Shown here piece by piece: positions 13,852 to 27,044 of a stretch of 64,000 bases of DNA. The DNA comes from Octopus vulgaris (taxonomy: Eukaryota). The notes under the pieces are model-generated. The model made no database searches and was not told the DNA's origin. It saw only the letters and a program-made list of their open reading frames with translations. Location of the stretch: the NCBI GenBank assembly GCA_951406725.2, contig OX597831.1, positions 7,750,001 through 7,814,000 of the forward strand. Reading direction: 5' to 3'. The first letter of the stretch is position 1. Every line of letters starts with the position of its first letter. Made by a program: the position numbers and the translations under genes.

Positions 13852-14099
13852 GTATGTTCCACTTTGAATACTTCTTTTCATCTCAATTTTAACAAAATTT
13901 GTCACTTCAGCTTAATGGAACTATTCTGGGTTCTGTTATTGGCTTTTACACTGGAGAAGAACATACACAGAAAAGCTGTCGCTCACAAAGCTTGTTGTAC
14001 ATTATTGTTACTACTAGTAAAACTTAATTGACTCAATTATAAATATATGTTGCTAAATAATGTTGTTGAGATAGCAAAAATAGGAGACTGCTTTCATTT

Positions 14100-14400
14100 G
14101 CTTTACTGAAGCTCTCCACTCTTTGTGGAGTGTCAGCCATTGATGATTTCTCTCCACGGTTCCCCGAGGAAAGGATTTCTTCTCTCAAGTCTTGTTGGTT
14201 TTTGGGTTATCGTCAAGACATCTTTAACTCTGCTGTTTTCTGTGCAGAAGTGTTGGCCCTATTCAGACCCATTTTTAATTCTGGAAAGAGGTGGTTCATA
14301 TTAGTTTGGCCTCTCTCCTTTGACCTGTCCAGCATGGAAGGCCCTGGCATGGTTCTCAGGGTCATCAAGGTACACAAGTCACCACATTGCAACAAGGATT
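14100..14400 (-). mobile_element. Internally deleted RTE-like element (5' UTR motif fused to 3' end)
   Basis: The minus strand reads ccttgttgc..gatgaccctgagaaccatgcc..catgctggacaggtcaaaggagagaggcc, resembling a recalled RTE 5' UTR motif, then a WREII-type C-terminus. A similar 5' motif lies at about 38980-39025. Confidence 0.45.
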
Positions 14401-14809
14401 GCTGGACCTTGTGGTGGACAATTTTTCAATGCAGTAACCTAAATCCTTCTTTGTTCTGTTTTTAAATTGTACTGAGAGTGTCTCTCCTTTTTAAATATCC
14501 CGCCCCCTCAAGGTTGATGAAGTGAGCATCAATAATGTGTGTGTGGGGGGGAAGGGCAGGGTCTACAATAATGTAGATATATAGAAATTGAAATAATACA
14601 TGATGGCCCTCTGCTACAAAATTTGGTCATGAATCTAAATCAAGAAGCAAAAAACAAAAATCAATATTAATATTATGTAATTGTGTTTAGTTTGTTTGAA
14701 GTTGTTCTCCTTTGTTCCATTTCCCTGAAAAGTGCAGTGGGGAGAATTTCTTGAGAGGATCACTGCCTCAGCCTTCATAACACTCATTCTCATCCCTCTC
14801 TCGCTGCAC

Positions 14810-15158
14810 TTGGCACCAATGGAGGAGTGTAGCTTAGAGATCTGGCTGTTTCTTCAGGCTGAGCCACTTCTCTCTGCATAGGGAGGTCACAATTCTGGCA
14901 TTATGGACAAGCGGTTGGAATGCCACTGGAGATGATTGCTAGACGGATTCTAGAAGCCAAGCCAACTGGCAGGAGAGCTAGGGGTAGACTAGGGACGAGA
15001 TGATTGGGTAATGTCCATAGACTCAGTTGTCACATTTGGAAATCCATCAGAAAAGTTTAATGATGGTTGTTTCTGATAGGACCCTGTGGAGGGGGTACAT
15101 GAGGACCCATGACCCAGGAATAATAGGTGGAGTAGATGGATGGATGGATGGATGGATT
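14810..15158 (+). mobile_element. RTE-type LINE 3' end with (GGAT)n tail
   Basis: Degenerate 'LARRILEAKPTGRRARGRLGTR' peptide and a tetranucleotide tail. A related - strand fragment lies at about 31270-31710. Confidence 0.65.
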
Positions 15159-18054
15159 TACTTTGTACCACCACTCTCTCTCTCTATCTCTCTCACATGT
15201 GCACACCCAGGTAACAGCTAACACTGGTTTAAGATGAATGTAAACATTATCTCTCTTTCCCTTTCACACACTCATATTTATCATCAGCCATTGCCTCTCT
15301 TGTTCACCATTCACTATGCTCACCTCTACCTCTATTTCTTATCATCTCTTGCACCCTCACCACACTTCAGTCAAGAAGGGTAGCTGAACTTTACTTGCCT
15401 ACCCTTTCTGATCTTCTGTCTCTATGTTACCTTCAGTTCCCCTTCTTGTAAGTTGAGACTATGCTCTGGCACCTTACCACTACTATCTTTATCTATCCTT
15501 CTAGCTCCACTCCATCCATATATAATGCAGGTTGGCTATGAATCACTTCCACAGCAATTATTGTTGGCCCTCCTATCATATATTTACCCCTCAACATCTC
15601 GTGTAAAACCCCCTCCTTCTCAACTATTCCTCCTCTTATTCAAGGAGACTCCTTAGTTTTGCAAGTTACAAGGTGACCTCACTAGTGCTGGTGCCATGCA
15701 AAAGGAACCCACTACACTCTGTACAGTGGCTGCCATTAGGGAGGGCACCCAGCCTTAGAAACTATGGTAAAATTGAGACATTGGGGTTAGACCTGGTCCT
15801 CTAATCCTTAGATCCTACCCATACCAAATGGAAAGGAGATGTAAAATGTGGATGAGGAAGCTGATATTGAATATCTACATTTCAGATAATGCTCTAAATA
15901 TACTGCCATCACAAGCAGTACACAGATACACACACATGCACATGCAGTTAAGATACTTAATATCATTTTGTCACACAACCCATCAAACACTGGAATAAGA
16001 GATAACATCATTATGTCTACATAAATCATCATCACCATCATCATCAGATATCAGCTAGAACTTTTCTCTGGTGTTTAGGCATGATAGCCAAAGCATCACA
16101 TATCTCGTTCCATCATTAGTGTTTTAAAATCATCAACAGTTACAGAGCTACCATTTTTTATCTGGGCCTTGTCAGGTTTTGGCTTGGTTTCTACAGCCGG
16201 ATGCCCTTCCTAACACCAACCATTCCAAGAGTGTAGTGGGCTTTTTTGTGTGTCACTGGTGACTTTTACATGTCACCATATATATATCAGTTATTTTAAA
16301 TATAACAAAGAATTTAGTAAAATAACTTCATTAGTGTTAGGAACATAAATTGTGACTAAGTTTTGGTGGAAGATTTTAATTTAGAACATTTGAAAACAAG
16401 ACATTTGTACTACAGGCGAGCTGGTTTCAGCCGGGTTGGTAACGAAAGGGTTTCTGGACATCCTATAAGAGGTCTTGGTTTTATTTTTATATATTCATGT
16501 AGGACACTTCCTGGAGCACAATAACAGTGATTGTATATATGGCCAAGAATAGGACACCCCATGATTTTCGAAGATCAGACAAACTGCAAATTTAGGGTCA
16601 GTAGATGATGATGATGATCATCATCGTTTAATGTCCGTTTTCCATGCTGGGATGGGTTGGACGGTTTGACTGAGGACTGGCAAGCCAGGAGGCTGTACCA
16701 GGCTCCAGTCTGATCTGGCAATGTTTCTTCGGCTGGATGCCCTTCCTAATGCCAACCACTCCGAGAGTGTAGTGGGTGCTTTTTTATGTGCCACTGGCAC
16801 AGGAGCCAGAGGGGGCTGGCATCAACCACAATTGGATGGTGCTTTTTACGTGCCACTGACATGGGAGCCATTCAAGGCGGTGCTAGCATCGGCCACATTT
16901 GGATGTTGCTTTTCATGAGCCACCAGCACAGTAGCCAGTCGGGGTGAGGGGGCTGGCATCGACCACGTTCGGATGGTGCTTTTTACATGCCACCGGCACG
17001 GGGACCACAACTACAATTTCCATTTGAATATGATTTAATTTCATTTGAGGTTGATGTACTTGACTCAATAGGTCTCCTAAGCATGGCATGTTGCCCTACA
17101 ATCCAAGATATAAATATAAAATTAATCATAAATTTGTCTCTCAAAATAAGATTAATCATCTTAAAAATCACAATCTGGTATATGTACATCTTGAGAAACT
17201 TGCTCAATTTTAACAGTAGAACAAAAAAAAATTCATTTGTAAACTTGTAAAATCTTAATACGGAAAACTTGTCAAGATAAAATGTCTGGCGCTGAGCACA
17301 GTGCCAGATAGAGACTCAGCTGATGTTGAGTCTGGTCTGGTTTGTTGTATTTAGGTCTGTGTATGATGAGCCAGACAAATAGAGACGGGTAAAGTTTTTG
17401 TTCCAAACTTAGTGCTAAACGGCAGCAAAACCCGAACAACAGAAATGGGAGACTGGCATACATCATATGTTTCAGTTGATGTGGACCTTTGAAGGGAACT
17501 GACTTGGTTGGTGCTTTAGGGATGAGATATTTGTATGATGTTGGGGGATGATGTTTGAGTTAATAAGGAGAAATATCAAAGGAAGAAAAATCATTTGGAA
17601 ATCTCTTCAACAAAAGCTATTCAACATAAATATACACACAGACATCCCCCTCACATATATATATATGTATGAATGTGTATGTATGTGTATGAATGCTTAC
17701 ATGCACATGCACACACACACATACGCAATTTCTGCCTCTCAGATTCACTCACAAGACATCATAGGTCAAACCAGGGCTATAGCAGAAGACACTTGCTGAA
17801 GGTACTGCAGGGTAGGACTGAACCTGAAACCCTGTGGTTGCAAAGCAAGTTTCTTGAGCATGCAGCTTCATATTGAGGTAAAGCATGCAGCTTTAGAAAA
17901 GACAGAGACCTGTTTTAAAAGGTTTGTTGATAATGAAACACTTTGGTTGTTAGCAAAGAAGCAACACATCTTCATTTAAAAGATGCTATGTCATCATCAT
18001 CATCATCATCATTGTCATAATCCTCATCATCTTCATCGTCATCATCATCATCAT

Positions 18055-18469
18055 CTCTTTACTCTTTTACTTGTTTCAGTCATTTGACAGTGGCCATGCT
18101 GGTGCAACGCCTTTAGTCGAGCAAATCGACCCCAGGACTTATTCTCTGTAAGCCTAGTACTTATTCTATTGGTCTCTTTTTCCGAACCGCTAAGTTACGG
18201 GGACGTAAACACACCAGAATTTTGTTGTCAAGTGATGTTGGGGGAACAAACATATACACACATACACACACACACACACACATACATATATATATATGTA
18301 TACATATATACTACAGGCTTCTTTCAGTTTCCGTCTACCAAATCCACTCACAAGGCTTTGGTCGGCCCGAGGCTATAGTAGAAGACACTTGCCCAAGGTG
18401 CCACGCAGTGGGACTGAACCTGGAACCATGTGGTTGGTAAGCAAGCTACTTACCACACAGCCACTCCTA
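18055..18469 (-). mobile_element. CORE-type SINE, full length
   Basis: Near-identical to 4960-5368. Older or partial copies at about 6200, 8690, 9690, 42452-43924 (interrupted by the mariner), 53975-54632 and 56490. Confidence 0.85.
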
Positions 18470-18709
18470 CACCATTTGACATGTTTTTCCATGCTGGCAT
18501 GTGTTGGACAGAGTTTATTTTTCAGATGTTAAAACATGTTTTTCTCTTCTGTTGATAATCAATTGTACTCAGCTTCCAATTTCCCGTTCTTCTTACAGAG
18601 CTAATCAATTGAAAGTGAGCAGAGTTAAAGCTTGCACTCAATTGATTTGTTGATATTTCATGCTTAATGATTTCATATAATTGTTCCGGCCTCATTCTCT
18701 CATCTTAAC

Positions 18710-18711
<2 letters not shown>

Positions 18712-18742
<31 letters not shown>

Positions 18743-19465
18743 TTGATGGCCTCATTCTTTCATCTCTCCTCTCTCTCATCCACCCTCATTCTCTCATTCT
18801 CTCTCATCCACTCTCATTCTCTCATCTCTCATTTTCTTATCTCTCTCATTCTCTTATCCTCCCTCAATCTCTCCTCCTTTCGCATTCTGTCATCTCATTC
18901 TCTCATCTCCCCCATCTTTCTCATCTTCTTTCATTCTTTCATCTCTCTCGTTTTCTCATCTCTCTCATTCTCACATTCTCTCATTCTCTCATCCTCTCTC
19001 ATCCTCTCCCATTCTCTCATATCTCTTATCTTCTCTCATTCTCTCTCATTCTCTCCTCCTTTCACATTCTGTTATCTCATTCTCTCATCTCCCCTATCCT
19101 TCTTGTCTTCTTTCATTCTCTCATCTCTCTCATTCTCTCATTTTCACATTCACTCATCTCTCTCATCCTCTTTCATTTTTTCATTCTCATTCTCTCATCT
19201 TCTCTCATCCTCCCCCATTCTCTCGTATCTCTTATCTTCTCTCATACTCTCATCCTCTCTCATCTCTCAATGTCTTCTCTTTCTCATCCTCTCTCTCTCT
19301 CTCTCTCATTTTCACATTCTCTAATCTCTCTCATCCTCTTTCATTTTTTCATTCTCATTCTCTCATCTTCTCTCATTCTCTCACCCTCTCTCATCTCTCT
19401 CAATGTCTCCTCTCTCTCTCTCTCTCTCTCTCTCCCTCCCTTTCTCTCATTTCATTCATTCAATG
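18712..19465. repeat. (CAT)n followed by about 700 bp of degenerate (TCTCAT) pyrimidine-rich low-complexity sequence
   Basis: Seen directly; almost no G on the + strand. Confidence 0.9.
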
Positions 19466-20240
19466 CATTCAGTTTTTCTTTCCCTTTATCTTTTATTTAT
19501 CGAACCTGTTTCAAGAACATCAAAGCCACACTTGGAAATTGTTTCAAACAGCATCACTTCTACATTCAGCCAACTATTTTTACAGCAGTTTTCATGCATT
19601 AACATGCAGTAAATAGATATGATCATAAATTCAGGTGGAAATTGATTATGTCAGTGTCAAGGAGAAGACACCTGGTATTGATTGATCATAACTCCAGTCT
19701 TGCAGTGTCTCCACAAGTTTAGGAAACTCAGCTAAATATGGCTCTGTTTAGCAAAACTTGTAATCATAACGCAAGTATGAAGTGAGAAAGTGAATGAAAA
19801 ATTTGCACCAGAAGTAAATATGATTTGAGATTCCTATTTAGTTCTTCAATAACCCTAATAGCATTAAGGCTGGAAAGACAGGTGAGGTGAAACAAATATC
19901 AAGCACATTGTTTAACACTGCCTTCACCAATAAGAACACGGATGTTGTTCGTGAGCAGAATATTAGCTTTGACAGCTCCTGTTTCTTTGATTGAGTTGTT
20001 GCAGCTGACAGTGTCTAAGCCAGCTCATGAATATATCATCTTGGCATGAGACGACTCTATCCATACTTGCTAAAAGAAAATGGAAGCATTTGGAATTACC
20101 ATTGTCAGCTTACTTTAAACAGATGTACATTTGTTTGGTTGTTTGTTTGTTATGTTGCTAGGATCCTTTCTGGAGAACAATACTGAAGACATAGGTTCAT
20201 TCAGTACTGGAACCGATTGGAGAAAATTATTATTTGGGAA

Positions 20241-20568
20241 CAATTGCAGCGTGGAAGTTGTTTATAAGCCATTTAAAAAACACACGAAAATCGTTAGATT
20301 CACTTCAACATTTAAATTTAATTTTCCAAAATATTTTCGTCGCTTGAGACCGTGACCTGTTCACTGACAAAACTTCGTGCTGCATCAGTGAACAGGTTGC
20401 AGTCTCAAAGCGACGAAAATATTTTGACAAATTAAATTTAAATGTTGAAGTGAATCTAACGGTTTTTGTGTGTTTCTTAAATGGCTTGTAAACACCTTCC
20501 ACGCTGCAATTGTTTTCGTTCCAGCACATGATCTCAGATCAAATCACTCGCTATGCAAGTACATCTCC
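20241..20568. mobile_element. Penelope-like element remnant with inverted-repeat (pseudo-LTR) structure
   Basis: Inverted arms of about 130 bp (about 20239-20368 and 20385-20514), a 13-bp TSD tattatttgggaa (20228-20240 and 20569-20581), and a hammerhead-like motif in each arm. Confidence 0.7.
20385..20431 (+). ncRNA. Minimal type I hammerhead ribozyme-like motif, G3:C8 variant; second copy on the - strand at about 20322-20372
   Basis: tca-GTGAACA-G-GTTGC-loop-GCGAC-GAA-AATATT-T-TGACAAA gives the core boxes, stem II and a palindromic stem III. The stem I partner TTTGTCA is preserved in the opposite-strand copy. Confidence 0.6.
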
Positions 20569-22991
20569 TATTATTTGGGAATTAATAAATTAAGCAATTC
20601 TTTCTAATTTGGTTCAAGATCAGCAACTTTTAGGGGTGAGGAGGGTAAGGCAATTATAGCAACCCCACTGCTTAACTGATATTTATTTTATCAACCCCGA
20701 ATGGGCAAAAGACAAAGATAACCTAAGTAGAATTCGAACTCAGAACATAAAGAGCCAGTGGAAATACTGCCAAGAATTTTGGTAATGTGCTGAGGATTCT
20801 GCCAGTTTGCTGCTTTCAATAAATCAAGGAGTAAAAACAAAAAACCCTTAAAAGCTGATGGTGATGTGTGAAGGAAGGATTTTGGCTGGAGAAAGAAGAG
20901 AATCTGATTTGTTCTGAAACATAAGACACTGTTTTGCTATTTTCTTTCTTAGTGAAGGGAGCGCTTTAGTTTTAGAAGTTACAAAGTGACCCCACTCCTG
21001 CTGGTGCCATGCAAAAAGCATCCAGTTAATTTTGTAAAGAGGTTGGAATTAGGAAGGGCACCTAACCATCCATAGAAACCATGCCAAAACTGAGCCACAG
21101 GAGCAAAGCATGGGTCTTTGATTCATGGATCCTATCAAACAACCGTCCAGCTGATTCCAGGATGGAAATCAAATGCTCTCAAGTGTTGGATTCTTCTTCT
21201 TCTTTCCATTACGTATCAACTGCACTGAATCAGTAAAATGAGGCCCCCAGGAAACTCTACTGGTGTTTGTTACCTGAGTTGGGTTGGTCAGATCTTTTTT
21301 ACGATTGTTTTGGTATCTGTTAGCTTCTCAGTAATATTGTGTGAATCTTGTTTGAAGATTTCAGAATTCAAATATATGTATTTCTATTTTGAAGATGATA
21401 AAGTTTATTGAATGAAATTTAGTTGTTAGAGTTCAAGAAGTAAACAGGTGTGACAACCAATTTACTGTGGAATATTTCAGTCTGTATTTGCTGTGAAACT
21501 TTCATGTTTCAACTAATATTCATAAATTTGTATCTTTTCTTTTATTTCTTCACTGCTTGGAACTTCTCAGTTTATTATTATTATTATTATTATTATTGTT
21601 GTTGTTGTTGTTATTGCTGCTGATGTCAATACTGTTCTTGGTAGTGGTGGTATTGTTATTGTTGATGATTATGATGGTGGTGGTGATGGAAATGATGAAC
21701 TGGCAGATTCGTTAAGACATTGAAAAAAATGCTTTGTGGTATATTTTTCCAGCTCTTTATGTTCCGTGTTCAAATTGTAGTGGGTCAACTTTACCTTTCA
21801 TTTTTTTTTTTTGGATTGGGGGGGGGGTCAATAAAAGAAAGTTGCAGTCAAGTACTGGAGTTGATGTCATCAACTTGTGCACACCTAACATTGCTGGCCT
21901 TGTGCCAAAACTGGAGACCGTTATTATTAAGGCAGCAAACTGACAGAATTGTGTCAGGCAAAAAGGCTTTGCAGCATTTCTTCTGACTCGTTGCATTCAG
22001 AGTTTAAATTCTTCTGAGGTTGACTTTGCTTTCATCTTTTGAGATTGATAAAATAAATACCAGCTGAGTACTGGGGGCCATTGTAATTGACTAGCCTTCT
22101 CCTCCAAAATTTCAGGCCTGTGCCTTAGAAAGAACTTTTATTATTATTTTTTCTTCTTCTTTCAATTTTGTTTCCATTTCTTGCTAGGTGTCTTCCCAAC
22201 ACCTTGGGCAAAGAAACACTGTATTCTTTGGTAGGCCATTAAAATAAACATATAAAATTTTTTGTCTACAAAGTCTATTTCAGCGATCCCTCTTTATAGG
22301 GTGTCTTGCTATATCACATCCCCACATATAACGTGGGTGTTTTGATGAACCCGAAATAATTTGAAACAGAATTTCCCTCATTATCGCTCACAACTTGCAA
22401 AAACCTTGATTAAAAGCAGAATTTCAGTGAATTTCAATGAAATACATACCTTTAATCAACAGCTTGAAAATATTGCAATCAGATAACATATAATTGACTG
22501 CTAATTACATGTTTTGTGTGCATAATTTCTTTGATTTTGTAATGAAAACAACACCTTTTTAACTGGTGAGCACTTTTGATAGTTTGTTTTCCTTGATTTG
22601 ATTGGATTGTTTGAAGAAGCTTCCGCCAATCAAAGGGTTTGAATGAGTCAAACAAATTTATATTTAAAGGAAGTAATTAATACCCTGGAGGTATGATTTA
22701 TATAAAAGTGAGACCATATTCCACTTGATTCATTACAATTTCAAGTTATCATCATCATCATCATCATCGTTTAACGTCCGCTTTCCATGCTAGCATGGGT
22801 TGGACGGTTCAACTGGGGTCTGGGAAGCCCAAAGGCTGCACCAGGCCAGTCAGATCTGGCAGTGTTTCTACAGCTGGACACTGCCAGATCTGACTGGCCT
22901 GGTGCAGCCTGGTGCAGATATTTAAAAAAAAGTTTACCTGGTGCAGCCTGGTGCAGATATTTAAAAAAAAAGTTTACCTTTTGAATGCACA

Positions 22992-23390
22992 ATGCCTAAG
23001 AGGAAATCCTATTCTGTAAAGGAAAAGTTAAACCTGGTTGACCGCATGCGAAATGGCGAAATCAAAGCCAAGCTATCGAGAGAGAGACTGGTGTTGCAGA
23101 GTCCACTCTGCGTGGTTGGCTTAAGGATGAGGCTAACCTCAGGAGTTATGTAAATACAGTTGTAGACACTGAGGACCTAGCTAGGAAGATGGCCAGGATT
23201 GCCATTGATAGTGAACTTGAGAAAGCAGTTTTCACCTGGTTTGTCCGGTAGCAGAATTGCGGCACCTCTCTGTCAGGTGCCATTATCAGAACCCAGGCAG
23301 GGAAGTTTCAAAGCCAGCTATATCCAGAACAACCTGACCAGCAGACCTTTCTAGCGAGGAAGGGGTGGTTGTACAGGTTCCAGAAGTGTA
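22992..23390 (+). pseudogene. pogo/Tigger (CENP-B-like) transposase N-terminal fragment
   Basis: Translates, across a 2-nt frameshift and a stop, to MPKRKSYSVKEKLNLVDRMRNGE..LSRETGVAESTLRGWLKDE...SELEKAVFTWF...LSGAIIRTQA...FLARKGWLYRFQK, which fits HTH-psq plus CENP-B HTH domains. Confidence 0.85.
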
Positions 23391-23817
23391 TAGGTGCTGG
23401 AAAAAGTGAGTTGTACCTGTAATTCAAAGGGGCCAGCTTTGTCACATTCTGTGTCACACTGAGAACTACATTCAGGGTAGACACATGTCTGTGGAGTACT
23501 CAGCCACTTTCACATTAATTTTATGAGTAGGATGTTCCATTGATTGGATCAACTGGAAAACTCATTGTTGTAACAGATAGAGCACCATAACAATCTCTGT
23601 GTGTGTGTGTGTGTGTGTGTGTAGCAGATGTGCAGATCAAAGTGTAAATACATATTCTGTAGACGAGGCGAATGGTCTGTAAATTTTTTTAAAAATGCAT
23701 GTTAATAATGACTCATCACAGACATTTAGGCATTTCCTCTATCAATGCACTTTACAAGAAGGTTGCTAACTTAGAAAAAATGATCTGGAATATTAAAAAA
23801 TGAATAACAGAAGCAGT

Positions 23818-23866
23818 CACTACCACCACCATCATCATCACCACCACCACCACCATCATCATCACC

Positions 23867-23897
<31 letters not shown>

Positions 23898-23991
23898 CCA
23901 CCATCATCATCACCACCACCATCACCATCATCATCACCACCACCACCACCACCATCATCATCACCACCACCACCATCATCGTCATCATCAT
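23818..23991. repeat. (CAC/CAT)n microsatellite, an expanded tail of an RTE-like element
   Basis: Seen directly; adjoins tttaatg..tg at the element end. Confidence 0.9.
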
Positions 23992-25067
23992 TTAATGCCT
24001 GTGTTTTATGCTGGATTGAGTTGGATAGTTCATTAGGATCCAACTAGCCAGAAGGCTGTGGCAGGCTCCAGTGTCTGTTTCGACAAGGTTTCTCTGGCTG
24101 GATGTCCTTCCTAATGCCAACCACTTTACACAGTGTATTGGTTGCTTTTTTAATGGCACCAAATGATGGTAAATAGCAATTAGTTGTAGAAATAAGGCAA
24201 CATGCCATTGGGGAGGTGGCTGTAATGAATATATTGGAAATGAGTTGAAAGGATTTCCCTGCCGAGTAAACCATTCGTACGTAAAAGATGCCACAAAATT
24301 TTTGGTCTATTAACGAGGAGTCGGAACTTGACACGTAGCCAGCTGGTTGATATTTGTAGCATCTTGAAGTGATGTGGATGATCTCTTTGATGGTTTGCTA
24401 GAGAGTTTCTGTAATTAAGACAAATTAGTACCTGAATGCGGCTAAAACATCAAGAGCGGTAGTGGTGGGAGACGTTTAAGGAACTGTTAAGTGATAACAA
24501 ATTATTTCCTATTGTAGATTGTGTGAAACAGGTGTTAAATGTTCTTGTTTAATACTAGGTCAGCACTCATTGAACAGATCTGTGATTATAGGCATTCCAA
24601 CCATGGCTATGCCTACTTTTTCTCTCTGCAGGGTACTGAGGACTAGATTTCTAATGTGTTATTTCTTGAGACAGTGGTAGTGGGGGGGGGGGGCTTATTT
24701 TGCTGTTATTTCTAGCAGATTGAGTGACCCTATAGAAGCTCCAAGTGCCCCACCTCCACTGCCACCAATCTGTGGAAGGTAGAGAGAATGGGATGATGGA
24801 TGGTGAAATGCATAAGAGAAATCAGTTGAGCATCTATGAGCTCATATGTGTGCTGTAGTTAGCAGTGTTGGTCTGCTTATGAAATGGAAATAGATGATGG
24901 GAAGTGGAGAGAAGTACAATGTACTCATAGAGTAAGGGTTTCATTGGAGAAGAAGGCAAAGTGCAAAGCAGTGAAGTCGAATCCCAGGAAATGTTGCAGA
25001 CAGAAAATTAAGACATTTAATTCCTCCTGGTCCCTACAGATGTATCCCAGCTTCCAAGGGGTTAGGA

Positions 25068-25392
25068 CAGTTGGTCCCAACCATTTTATCTAAATGAGTT
25101 TTCCCATGGACCCCTTTTAATATGCTTGGCACGTAAAAAGCACCATTCAAGCGTGGCTGATGCCATTACCACCTGACTGGCTCCTGTGCCGGTGGCACAT
25201 AAAAAGCACCCACTACACTTTCAGAGTGGTTGGCATTAGGAAGGGCATCCAACTGTAGAAACATTGCCAGATCAGATTGTAGCCTGGTGTGGCCTTCTGG
25301 CTTGCCAGCCCTTAGTCGAACCATCCAACCCATGCCAGCATGGAAAGCGGATGTTGAACAACAACAACAACAATAATGATGATGATACATAC

Positions 25393-25444
<52 letters not shown>

Positions 25445-25671
25445 AGGCGGCGAGCTGGCAGAAATGTTAGCATGCCAGGTGAAATGCGTAGCCGTATTTC
25501 GTCTGCCGTTACGTTCTGGGTTCAGATTCCACCAAGGTCGATTTTGCCTTTCATCCTTTCAGGGTCGATAAATTAAATACCAGTTACGCACTGGGGTCAA
25601 TGTAATCGGCTTAATCCGTGTGTCTGTCTTTGTTTGTCCCCTCTGTGTTTAACCCCTTGTGGGTAGTAAAG

Positions 25672-25712
<41 letters not shown>

Positions 25713-25793
25713 GTTTTGAATTTAGTTCACGGACCCCCAGTACTACCTTTGCTGACCATCAGGGACCTGTGGACCCTAGGTTGGGTACCACTG
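25068..25793. mobile_element. hAT-like MITE carrying nested LINE-tail and SINE insertions
   Basis: TIRs CAGTTGGTCCCAACC and GGTTGGGTACCACTG; 8-bp flanks ggttagga and ggttaggc. Confidence 0.6.
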
Positions 25794-26370
25794 GGTTAGG
25801 CAAATGAGAGTACAAAAGTACTCTCTCGAAAGGACACTGGTCTGTCATAAAGATAACTCTTCCTTCTGCTAGAATGCATTTCCAGGTGGAAGGACTTGAG
25901 TAGAATGAAATAAAATGCCTGTCTGGTCTGGGTATTGAACCCATTGCCTTACCGTCATGAGTTCAACACTCGAACCCCTTAGCCACACACTTACATTTGT
26001 TGTATGCGTGTAGGTGAGGTGAAATAAGAATGTGAGTGCTGCTACTTGGCCATATAATGCTGACTTCCATCTCATGGGAATAGAGATGTTACAATGATAA
26101 TGATTATTGAAGATGGTTATCACCATTCCATTGATAACAAAACATTTCATCATCATCATCATCTTCATGTTGCTTTTTAAATCATCCTTATCTCTATGTG
26201 AACATGTCAATTTAATTTTGTTTTTCTTTATAGAATCAATAATTTTGTTACATAAACTTTCTAATGGTTTTCTTCGTTTCAGTTTTTTTATTTTTTATTT
26301 CCACTTTGTTTTTGTTTATCTTCTTTTTAATTTAGTAATAATAATGTCATTAAATTAATTTTCCAAACAG

Positions 26371-26506
26371 CATTAAATTCTCTGGTGATACTTATATTGC
26401 TGACATTACCAAACGTCTTGCGGAAGATAGATTATCACGAGAAGACCTTGAGAAAAGAAGACGTAAAGTATTGGTTAGCCAACAGCAAGCACAAGATTTA
26501 ATTTGG
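26371..26506 (+). CDS. SPEF2: SPEF2-like exon (IKFSGDTYIADITKRLAEDRLSREDLEKRRRKVLVSQQQAQDLIW), phase 2 to 0
   Basis: ttccaaacag acceptor and GTATGG donor; matches the recalled SPEF2 motif 'YIKKIQKRLEEDAFAREQREKRRRKLL'. Confidence 0.9.
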
Positions 26507-27007
26507 GTATGGAATTGGACCAAAAACATTTCTTTTATTCTTCCATTTAATTCAGTTGATGTCCAGGATAAATTCTTATGATAAATTCTTATATACACGA
26601 GTATATATTTCTAACTCATTCTTTTTTTTTATATCATTCTTTGTTTATCAAATGGCTAAGTCACTTTCTGATGCAATTTACCCCTGTGTACTCACATACT
26701 TGCACCCATACATACATATGCACATACCTGCACACATGCATATACACATCTATATTAAACTATTTATCTGTGTGTGTGTGTGTTGTCAGTAAATCATAAA
26801 TCTGAAAGAGAAGCACACACACACTAAGTTATAGAGCAATAGAGTAGTGGCTGGTTCATAAGGTTATTCAAGGTTTTGCATCCATAAAGCATTTTATATA
26901 CATCTCATTAGACTCTAGGGTCTGATACACACACACATGCACTATAAAGAGTGAGCCAGGAGCAAGGATAATTATAGTGAGTGATGATGATGATGATAAT
27001 AATAATG

Positions 27008-27044
<37 letters not shown>

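Noticed and set aside
18743-19324. 193-aa Ser/Leu-rich ORF
   Set aside because: Pyrimidine-rich low-complexity DNA that lacks stop codons by composition.
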